Of a DNA stretch of 64,000 nucleotides, positions 53,513 to 64,000 are shown piece by piece. The notes under the pieces are model-generated. The model saw only the letters and a program-made list of their open reading frames with translations. It did not search any database and was not told the origin of the DNA. Source of the stretch: Eledone cirrhosa (lineage: Eukaryota); NCBI GenBank assembly GCA_964016885.1, contig OZ024743.1, forward strand, positions 277,016,001 through 277,080,000, written 5' to 3'. Made by a program: the position numbers and the translations under genes. Position 1 is the first letter of the stretch. Every line of letters starts with the position of its first letter.

Positions 53513-56500
53513 ATTACTGGTGTCTGATACTGGATAAAACAAACATTACTGGTGTCTGATACTGCATAAAATTAAGATTACTGGTGTCTGATACTGGATA
53601 AAATTAAGATTACTGGTGTCTGATACTGGATAAAATTAACATTACTGGTGTCTGATACTGGATAAAATTATGATTACTGGTGTCTGATACTGGGGAAAAT
53701 TAAGATTACTGGTGTCTGATACTGGATAAAATTATGATTACTGGTGTCTGATACTGGGGAAAATTAAGATTACTGGTGTCTGATACTGGATAAAATTATG
53801 ATTACTGGTGTCTGATACTGGGGAAAATTAAGATTACTGGTGTCTGATACTGGATAAAATTAAGATTACTGGTGTCTGATACTGGATAAAATTAACATTA
53901 CTGGTGTCTGATACTGGATAAAATTATGATTACTGGTGCGTGATACTGGGGAAAATTAAGATTACTGGTGTCTGATACTGGATAAAATTAACATTACTGG
54001 TGTCTGATTCTGGATAAAATTAAGATTACTGGTGTCTAATACTGGGGAAAACTAAGATTAATGGTGTCTGATACTGGATAAAATTAAGATTACTGGTGTC
54101 TGATACTGGATAAAATTAAGATAACTGGTGTCTGATACTGGGGAAAATTATGATTACTGGTGTCTGATACTGGGGAAAATTAAGATTACTGCTGTCTGAA
54201 ACTGGGGAAAATTAAGATTACTGGTGTCTGATACTGGATAAAATTAAGATTACTGGTGTCTGATACTGGATAAAATTAAGATTATTGGTGTGTGATACTA
54301 GGGAAAATTAAGATTACTGGTGTCTGATACTGGGGAAAATTAAGATTACTGGTGTCTGATACTGGATAAAATTAAGATTATTGGTGTGTGATACTAGGGA
54401 AAATTAAGATTACTGGTGTCTGATACTGGGGAAAATTAAGATTACTGGTGTCTGATACTGGATAAAATTAAGATTATTGGTGTGTGATACTAGGGAAAAT
54501 TAAGATTACTGGTGTCTGATACTGGGGAAAATTAAGATTACTGGTGTCTGATACTGGATAAAATTAAGATTATTGGTGTGTGATACTAGGGAAAATTAAG
54601 ATTACTGGTGTCTGATACTGGGGAAAATTAAGATTACTGGTGTCTGATACTGGATAAAATTAACATTACTGGTGTCTGATACTGGGGAAAATTACCATTA
54701 CTGGTGTCTGATACTGGATAAAACAAACATTACTGGTGTCTGATACTGCATAAAATTAAGATTACTGGTGTCTGATACTGGATAAAATTAAGATTACTGG
54801 TGTCTGATACTGGATAAAATTAACATTACTGGTGTCTGATACTGGATAAAATTATGATTACTGGTGCGTGATACTGGGGAAAATTAAGATTACTGGTGTC
54901 TGATACTGGTTAAAATTAAGATTACTGGTGTCTAATACTGGGGAAAACTAAGATCACTGGTGTCTGATACTGGATAAAATTAAGTTTACTGGTGTCTGAT
55001 ACTGGATAAAATTAAGATTTCTGGTGTCTGATACTGGATAAAATTAAGATAACTGGTGTCTGAAACTGGGGAAAATTATGATTACTGGTGTCTGATACTG
55101 GGGAAAATTAAGATTACTGGTGTCTGATACTGCATAAAATTAAGATTACTGGTGTCTGATACTGCGGAAAATTAAGATTACTGGTGTCTGATACTGGGGA
55201 AAATTAAGATTACTGGTGTCTGATGCTGGGGAAATCAAAGATTACTGGTGTCTGATACTGGATAAAATTATGATTACCGGTGTCTGATACTGTGGAAAAT
55301 TAAGATTACAGGTGTCTGATACTGGGGAAAATTAAGATTACTGGTGTCTGATGCTGGGGAAATCAAAGATTACTGGTGTCTGATACTGGATAAAATTATG
55401 ATTACTGGTGTCTGATACTGTGGAAAATCAAGATTACTGGCGTCTGATACTGTGGAAAATTAAGATTACTGGTGTCTGATACTGGGGAAAATTAAGATTA
55501 CTGGTGTCTGATACTGGATAAAATTAAGATTACTGGTGTCTGATACTGGATAAAATTAAGATTACTGGTGTCTGATACTGGATAAAATTAAGATTACTGG
55601 TGTCTGATACTGGATAAAATTATGATTACTGGTGTGTGATAATGGGGAAAATTAAGATTACTGGTGTCTGATACTGGGGAAAATTAAGATTAGTGGTGTC
55701 TGATACTGGATAAAATTAAGATTACTGGTGTCTGATACTGGGGAAAATTAAGATTAGTGGTGTCTGATACTGGATAAAATTAAGATTACTGGTGTCTGAT
55801 ACTGGATAAAATTAAGATTACTGGTGTCTGATACTGGATAAAATTATGATTACTGGTGTGTGATAATGGGGAAAATTAAGATTACTGGTGTCTGATACTG
55901 GATAAAATTAAGATTACTGGTGTCTGATACTGGACAAAATTAAGATTACTGGTATCTAATACTGGGGAAAACTAAGATCACTGGTGTCTGATACTGGATA
56001 AAATTAAGATAACTGGTGTCTGATACTGGGGAAAATTATGATTACTGGTGTCTGATACTGGGGAAAATTAAGATTACTGGTGTCTGATACTGGATAAAAT
56101 TAAGATTACTGGTGTCTGATACTGCGGAAAATTAAGATTACTGGTGTCTGATACTGGGGAAAATTAAGATTACTGGTGTCTGATGCTGGGGAAATCAAAG
56201 ATTACTGGTGTCTGATACTGGATAAAATTATGATTACCGGTGTCTGATACTGTGGAAAATTAAGATTACTGGTGTCTGATACTGTGGAAAATTAAGATTA
56301 CTGGTGTCTGATACTGGGGAAAATTAAGATTACTGGTGTCTGATACTGGATAAAATTAAGATTACTGGTGTCTGATACTGGATAAAATTATGATTACTGG
56401 TATGTGATACTGGGGAAAATTAAGATTACTGGTGTCTGATACAGGATAAAATTAAGATTACTGGTGTTTGATACTGGGGAAAATTAAGATTACTGGTGTC

Positions 56501-58472
56501 TGATACTGGATAAAATTAAGATTACTGGTGTCTGATACTGGATAAAATTATGATTACTGGTGTGTGATACTTGGGAAAATTAAGATTACTGGTGTCTGAT
56601 ACTGGGGAAAATTCAGATTACTGGTGTATGATACTGGGGAAAATTAAGATTACTGGTGTCTGATACTGGGGAAAATTCAGATTACTGGTGTATGATACTG
56701 GATAAAATTAAGATTACTGGTGTCTGATACTGGATAAAATTATGATTACTGGTGTGTGATACTGGGGAAAATTAAGATTACTGGTGTCTGATACTGGGGA
56801 AAATTAAGATTACTGGTGTCTGATACTGGGGAAAATTAAGATTACTGGTGTCTGATACTGGGGAAAATTCAGATTACTGGTGTATGATACTGGATAAAAT
56901 TAAGATTACTGGTGTCTGATACTGGATAAAATTATGATTACTGGTGTGTGATACTGGGGAAAATTAAGATTACTGGTGTATGATACTGGATAAAATTAAG
57001 ATTACTGGTGTCTGATACTGGATAAAATTATGATTACTGGTGTGTGATACTTGGGAAAATTAAGATTACTGGTGTCTGATACTGGATAAAATTAAGATTA
57101 CTGGTGTCTGATACTGGGGAAAATTAAGATTACTGGTGTCTGATACTGGGGAAAATTAAGATTACTGGTGTCTGATACTGGATAAAATTATGATTACTGG
57201 TGTGTGATACTGGGGAAAATTCAGATTACTGGTGTCTGATACTGGATAAAATTAAGATAACTGGTGTCTGATACTGGGGAAAATTAAGATTACTGGTGTC
57301 TGATACTGGGGAAAATTAAGATTACTGGTGTCTGATACTGGATAAAATTATGATTACTGGTGTGTGATACTGGGGAAAATTCAGATTACTGGTGTCTGAT
57401 ACTGGATAAAATTAAGATTACTGGTGTCTGATACTGGATAAAATTATGATTACTGGTGTGTGATACTGGGGAAAATTAAGATTACTGGTGTATGATACTG
57501 GATAAAATTAAGATTACTGGTGTCTGATACTGGATAAAATTATGATTACTGGTGTGTGATACTGGGGAAAATTAAGATTACTGGTGTCTGATACTGGATA
57601 AAATTAAGATTACTGGTGTGTGATACTGGGGAATATTAAGATTAGTGGTGTCTGATACTGGATAAAATTAACATTACTGGTGTGTGATACTGGATAAAAT
57701 TAAGATTACTGGTGTGTGATACTGGGGAAAATTAAGATTACTGGTGTCTGATACTGGATAAAATTAAGATTACTGGTGTCTGATACTGGACAAAATTAAG
57801 ATTACTGCTGTCTAAAACTGGGGAAAATTAAGATTACTGGTGTCTAATACTGGTTAAAATGTAGATTACTGGTGTCTGATACTGCGGAAAATTAAGATTA
57901 CTGGTGTCTGATACTGGGGAAAATTAAGATTACTGGTGTCTGATTCTGGATAAAATTAAGATTACTGGTGTCTAATACTGGGGAAAACTAAGATTAATGG
58001 TGTCTGATACTGGATAAAATTAAGATTACTGGTGTCTGATACTGGATAAAATTAAGATAACTGGTGTCTGATACTGGGGAAAATTATGATTACTGGTGTC
58101 TGATACTGGGGAAAATTAAGATTGCTGCTGTCTGAAACTGGGGAAAATTAAGATTACTGGTGTCTGATACTGGATAAAATTAATATTACTGGTGTCTGAT
58201 ACTGGATAAAATTAAGATTATTGGTGTGTGATACTGGATAAAATTAAGATTACTGGTGTCTGATACTGGATAAAATTAAGATTACTGGTGTGTGATACTG
58301 GGGAAAATTAAGATTACTGGTGTCTGATACTGGGGAAAATTAAGATTACTGGTGTCTGATACTGGATAAAATTATGATTACTGGTGTCTGATACTGGGGA
58401 AAATTAAGATTACTGGTGTCTGATACTGGATAAAATTATGATTACTGGTGTCTGATACTGGGGAAAATTAAG
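53513..58472 (+). repeat. ~4,960-bp (155-monomer) tandem duplication, copy 1
   Basis: Before the trimer block the offset is 4960 (AAACATTACT 53541/58501; GCTGTCTGAA 54191/59151). After it the offset is 5952 (GATTTCTGG 55016/60968; GATTACAGG 55304/61256; GGTATCTAAT 55951/61903; TTGGGAAAAT 56571/62523). Confidence 0.9.
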
Positions 58473-61400
58473 ATTACTGGTGTCTGATACTGGATAAAAC
58501 AAACATTACTGGTGTCTGATACTGCATAAAATTAAGATTACTGGTGTCTGATACTGGATAAAATTAAGATTACTGGTGTCTGATACTGGATAAAATTAAC
58601 ATTACTGGTGTCTGATACTGGATAAAATTATGATTACTGGTGTCTGATACTGGGGAAAATTAAGATTACTGGTGTCTGATACTGGATAAAATTATGATTA
58701 CTGGTGTCTGATAATGGGGAAAATTAAGATTACTGGTGTCTGATACTGGATAAAATTATGATTACTGGTGTCTGATACTGGGGAAAATTAAGATTACTGG
58801 TGTCTGATACTGGATAAAATTAAGATTACTGGTGTCTGATACTGGATAAAATTAACATTACTGGTGTCTGATACTGGATAAAATTATGATTACTGGTGCG
58901 TGATACTGGGGAAAATTAAGATTACTGGTGTCTGATACTGGATAAAATTAAGTTTACTGGTGTCTGATTCTGGATAAAATTAAGATTACTGGTGTCTAAT
59001 ACTGGGGAAAACTAAGATTAATGGTGTCTGATACTGGATAAAATTAAGATTACTGGTGTCTGATACTGGATAAAATTAAGATAACTGGTGTCTGATACTG
59101 GGGAAAATTATGATTACTGGTGTCTGATACTGGGGAAAATTAAGATTACTGCTGTCTGAAACTGGGGAAAATTAAGATTACTGGTGTGTGATACTAGGGA
59201 AAATTAAGATTACTGGTGTCTGATACTGGGGAAAATTAAGATTACTGGTGTCTGATACTGGATAAAATTAAGATTATTGGTGTGTGATACTAGGGAAAAT
59301 TAAGATTACTGGTGTCTGATACTGGGGAAAATTAAGATTACTGGTGTCTGATACTGGATAAAATTAAGATTACTGGTGTGTGATACTAGGGAAAATTAAG
59401 ATTACTGGTGTCTGATACTGGGGAAAATTAAGATTACTGGTGTCTGATACTGGATAAAATTAAGATTACTGGTGTGTGATACTAGGGAAAATTAAGATTA
59501 CTGGTGTCTGATACTGGGGAAAATTAAGATTACTGGTGTCTGATACTGGATAAAATTAAGATTATTGGTGTGTGATACTAGGGAAAATTAAGATTACTGG
59601 TGTCTGATACTGGGGAAAATTAAGATTACTGGTGTCTGATACTGGATAAAATTAAGATTACTGGTGTGTGATACTAGGGAAAATTAAGATTACTGGTGTC
59701 TGATACTGGGGAAAATTAAGATTACTGGTGTCTGATACTGGATAAAATTAAGATTACTGGTGTGTGATACTAGGGAAAATTAAGATTACTGGTGTCTGAT
59801 ACTGGGGAAAATTAAGATTACTGGTGTCTGATACTGGATAAAATTAAGATTATTGGTGTGTGATACTAGGGAAAATTAAGATTACTGGTGTCTGATACTG
59901 GGGAAAATTAAGATTACTGGTGTCTGATACTGGATAAAATTAAGATTATTGGTGTGTGATACTAGGGAAAATTAAGATTACTGGTGTCTGATACTGGGGA
60001 AAATTAAGATTACTGGTGTCTGATACTGGATAAAATTAAGATTACTGGTGTGTGATACTAGGGAAAATTAAGATTACTGGTGTCTGATACTGGGGAAAAT
60101 TAAGATTACTGGTGTCTGATACTGGATAAAATTAAGATTACTGGTGTGTGATACTAGGGAAAATTAAGATTACTGGTGTCTGATACTGGGGAAAATTAAG
60201 ATTACTGGTGTCTGATACTGGATAAAATTAAGATTATTGGTGTGTGATACTAGGGAAAATTAAGATTACTGGTGTCTGATACTGGGGAAAATTAAGATTA
60301 CTGGTGTCTGATACTGGATAAAATTAAGATTATTGGTGTGTGATACTAGGGAAAATTAAGATTACTGGTGTCTGATACTGGGGAAAATTAAGATTACTGG
60401 TGTCTGATACTGGATAAAATTAAGATTATTGGTGTGTGATACTAGGGAAAATTAAGATTACTGGTGTCTGATACTGGGGAAAATTAAGATTACTGGTGTC
60501 TGATACTGGATAAAATTAAGATTATTGGTGTGTGATACTAGGGAAAATTAAGATTACTGGTGTCTGATACTGGGGAAAATTAAGATTACTGGTGTCTGAT
60601 ACTGGATAAAATTAACATTACTGGTGTCTGATACTGGGGAAAATTACCATTACTGGTGTCTGATACTGGATAAAACAAACATTACTGGTGTCTGATACTG
60701 CATAAAATTAAGATTACTGGTGTCTGATACTGGATAAAATTAAGATTACTGGTGTCTGATACTGGATAAAATTAACATTACTGGTGTCTGATACTGGATA
60801 AAATTATGATTACTGGTGCGTGATACTGGGGAAAATTAAGATTACTGGTGTCTGATACTGGTTAAAATTAAGATTACTGGTGTCTAATACTGGGGAAAAC
60901 TAAGATCACTGGTGTCTGATACTGGATAAAATTAAGTTTACTGGTGTCTGATACTGGATAAAATTAAGATTTCTGGTGTCTGATACTGGATAAAATTAAG
61001 ATAACTGGTGTCTGAAACTGGGGAAAATTATGATTACTGGTGTCTGATACTGGGGAAAATTAAGATTACTGGTGTCTGATACTGCATAAAATTAAGATTA
61101 CTGGTGTCTGATACTGCGGAAAATTAAGATTACTGGTGTCTGATACTGGGGAAAATTAAGATTACTGGTGTCTGATGCTGGGGAAATCAAAGATTACTGG
61201 TGTCTGATACTGGATAAAATTATGATTACCGGTGTCTGATACTGTGGAAAATTAAGATTACAGGTGTCTGATACTGGGGAAAATTAAGATTACTGGTGTC
61301 TGATGCTGGGGAAATCAAAGATTACTGGTGTCTGATACTGGATAAAATTATGATTACTGGTGTCTGATACTGTGGAAAATCAAGATTACTGGCGTCTGAT

Positions 61401-64000
61401 ACTGTGGAAAATTAAGATTACTGGTGTCTGATACTGGGGAAAATTAAGATTACTGGTGTCTGATACTGGATAAAATTAAGATTACTGGTGTCTGATACTG
61501 GATAAAATTAAGATTACTGGTGTCTGATACTGGATAAAATTAAGATTACTGGTGTCTGATACTGGATAAAATTATGATTACTGGTGTGTGATAATGGGGA
61601 AAATTAAGATTACTGGTGTCTGATACTGGGGAAAATTAAGATTAGTGGTGTCTGATACTGGATAAAATTAAGATTACTGGTGTCTGATACTGGGGAAAAT
61701 TAAGATTAGTGGTGTCTGATACTGGATAAAATTAAGATTACTGGTGTCTGATACTGGATAAAATTAAGATTACTGGTGTCTGATACTGGATAAAATTATG
61801 ATTACTGGTGTGTGATAATGGGGAAAATTAAGATTACTGGTGTCTGATACTGGATAAAATTAAGATTACTGGTGTCTGATACTGGACAAAATTAAGATTA
61901 CTGGTATCTAATACTGGGGAAAACTAAGATCACTGGTGTCTGATACTGGATAAAATTAAGATAACTGGTGTCTGATACTGGGGAAAATTATGATTACTGG
62001 TGTCTGATACTGGGGAAAATTAAGATTACTGGTGTCTGATACTGGATAAAATTAAGATTACTGGTGTCTGATACTGCGGAAAATTAAGATTACTGGTGTC
62101 TGATACTGGGGAAAATTAAGATTACTGGTGTCTGATGCTGGGGAAATCAAAGATTACTGGTGTCTGATACTGGATAAAATTATGATTACCGGTGTCTGAT
62201 ACTGTGGAAAATTAAGATTACTGGTGTCTGATACTGTGGAAAATTAAGATTACTGGTGTCTGATACTGGGGAAAATTAAGATTACTGGTGTCTGATACTG
62301 GATAAAATTAAGATTACTGGTGTCTGATACTGGATAAAATTATGATTACTGGTATGTGATACTGGGGAAAATTAAGATTACTGGTGTCTGATACAGGATA
62401 AAATTAAGATTACTGGTGTTTGATACTGGGGAAAATTAAGATTACTGGTGTCTGATACTGGATAAAATTAAGATTACTGGTGTCTGATACTGGATAAAAT
62501 TATGATTACTGGTGTGTGATACTTGGGAAAATTAAGATTACTGGTGTCTGATACTGGGGAAAATTCAGATTACTGGTGTATGATACTGGGGAAAATTAAG
62601 ATTACTGGTGTCTGATACTGGGGAAAATTCAGATTACTGGTGTATGATACTGGATAAAATTAAGATTACTGGTGTCTGATACTGGATAAAATTATGATTA
62701 CTGGTGTGTGATACTGGGGAAAATTAAGATTACTGGTGTCTGATACTGGGGAAAATTAAGATTACTGGTGTCTGATACTGGGGAAAATTAAGATTACTGG
62801 TGTCTGATACTGGGGAAAATTCAGATTACTGGTGTATGATACTGGATAAAATTAAGATTACTGGTGTCTGATACTGGATAAAATTATGATTACTGGTGTG
62901 TGATACTGGGGAAAATTAAGATTACTGGTGTATGATACTGGATAAAATTAAGATTACTGGTGTCTGATACTGGATAAAATTATGATTACTGGTGTGTGAT
63001 ACTTGGGAAAATTAAGATTACTGGTGTCTGATACTGGATAAAATTAAGATTACTGGTGTCTGATACTGGGGAAAATTAAGATTACTGGTGTCTGATACTG
63101 GGGAAAATTAAGATTACTGGTGTCTGATACTGGATAAAATTATGATTACTGGTGTGTGATACTGGGGAAAATTCAGATTACTGGTGTCTGATACTGGATA
63201 AAATTAAGATAACTGGTGTCTGATACTGGGGAAAATTAAGATTACTGGTGTCTGATACTGGGGAAAATTAAGATTACTGGTGTCTGATACTGGATAAAAT
63301 TATGATTACTGGTGTGTGATACTGGGGAAAATTCAGATTACTGGTGTCTGATACTGGATAAAATTAAGATTACTGGTGTCTGATACTGGATAAAATTATG
63401 ATTACTGGTGTGTGATACTGGGGAAAATTAAGATTACTGGTGTATGATACTGGATAAAATTAAGATTACTGGTGTCTGATACTGGATAAAATTATGATTA
63501 CTGGTGTGTGATACTGGGGAAAATTAAGATTACTGGTGTCTGATACTGGATAAAATTAAGATTACTGGTGTGTGATACTGGGGAAAATTAAGATTAGTGG
63601 TGTCTGATACTGGATAAAATTAACATTACTGGTGTGTGATACTGGATAAAATTAAGATTACTGGTGTGTGATACTGGGGAAAATTAAGATTACTGGTGTC
63701 TGATACTGGATAAAATTAAGATTACTGGTGTCTGATACTGGACAAAATTAAGATTACTGCTGTCTAAAACTGGGGAAAATTAAGATTACTGGTGTCTAAT
63801 ACTGGTTAAAATGTAGATTACTGGTGTCTGATACTGCGGAAAATTAAGATTACTGGTGTCTGATACTGGGGAAAATTAAGATTACTGGTGTCTGATTCTG
63901 GATAAAATTAAGATTACTGGTGTCTAATACTGGGGAAAACTAAGATTAATGGTGTCTGATACTGGATAAAATTAAGATTACTGGTGTCTGATACTGGATA
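58473..64000 (+). repeat. Tandem duplication copy 2 (truncated by window end), containing an expanded trimer block
   Basis: Collinear with 53513-58048 apart from a 992-bp (31-monomer) gain and a few substitutions, e.g. GAATATT at ~57631 versus GAAAATT at ~63583. Confidence 0.9.
59176..60615 (+). repeat. 3-monomer (96-bp) higher-order repeat, 15 copies (paralogous block 54280-54663 has 4 copies)
   Basis: The TAGGG marker occurs at 59195 + n*96 up to 60539. In copy 1 it occurs at 54299, 54395, 54491 and 54587. Confidence 0.93.

Larger units (their letters stand above)
1..64000 (+). repeat. 32-bp tandem satellite array, ~2,000 monomers, consensus GATTACTGGTGTCTGATACTGG[AT/GG]AAAATTAA, extends beyond both window ends
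   Basis: GATTACTGG starts at 11, 43, 75 ... 63976 (period 32). The phase mod 32 shifts from 11 to 8 only through 22 short monomers totalling 35 bp, giving (63976-11+35)/32 = 2000 units. Orientation is the same throughout. The consensus is 31-38% GC, G>C on the + strand, and has no CpG. Confidence 0.99.

Noticed and set aside
1-64000. CRISPR array (32-bp repeat length is CRISPR-like)
   Set aside because: The repeats abut directly, with no unique spacers, leader or cas genes. The variable part is only 2-3 bases drawn from a few recurring states.
1-64000. Giant repetitive protein CDS on the + strand (e.g. DYWCLILDKIK-like peptide)
   Set aside because: The period of 32 shifts the frame each monomer. 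The stop-free frame runs into GTC TGA in the next monomer, and the third frame has TAA, so ORFs cannot exceed a few monomers.
1-64000. CDS on the - strand
   Set aside because: The reverse complement TTAATTTT[AT/CC]CCAGTATCAGACACCAGTAATC has TAA in two of three frames, and the frame rotates every monomer.
1-64000. Telomerase-synthesised telomeric repeat (G-rich strand bias)
   Set aside because: The unit is longer than the telomerase repeats I know (up to ~25 bp in budding yeasts). Inherited variant cassettes and kb-scale duplications indicate recombinational evolution rather than templated addition. A subtelomeric location is not excluded.
1-64000. Promoter boxes or transcription-factor site arrays (TAAAAT, GATA-like, TAAT/ATTA motifs)
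   Set aside because: Short AT-rich motifs are expected by chance in this monomer, and there is no gene or other context to support a regulatory role.
1-64000. Diversity-generating retroelement, msDNA/retron, integron attC or iteron array
   Set aside because: There is no reverse transcriptase, integrase or Rep gene, no cassette ORFs, no strong inverted repeat in the monomer and no adenine-specific variation. The scale is far larger than iteron clusters.
1-64000. Pure sequencing artefact (rolling-circle concatemer or random error)
   Set aside because: Variants recur in ordered, hierarchical, shared contexts, including identical indels, which random error would not produce. Individual large duplications still need read validation.
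1-64000. AT/GG string as a functional encoded message
   Set aside because: The pattern is explained by nested duplications, and nothing in the sequence indicates a reader or a function.

Overview
The whole 64,000-bp window is one uninterrupted, single-orientation tandem array (satellite/minisatellite DNA). The monomer is 32 bp, consensus GATTACTGGTGTCTGATACTGG[AT|GG]AAAATTAA. Tracking the phase by hand gives 2,000 complete monomers between 11 and 63,975, and the array runs off both ends. I see no CDS, RNA gene, CRISPR spacers, transposon or unique sequence, so I cannot support a new gene system here. The period is not a multiple of 3, and consensus-based reading frames on both strands hit a stop within about three monomers. 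The interest lies in the internal architecture. There is a two-state AT/GG dimorphism and recurring ordered cassettes of variant monomers. There are local higher-order repeats (2-, 3-, 7-, 9-, 10-, 15- and 17-mers) and two near-identical ~5-6 kb tandem duplications, one containing a trimer block that went from 4 to 15 copies. All length variants found are deletions, and diagnostic variants turn over from left to right. The organism cannot be identified from the sequence; a eukaryotic heterochromatic satellite is the most likely context (inference). All counts and offsets were read manually and should be confirmed computationally.
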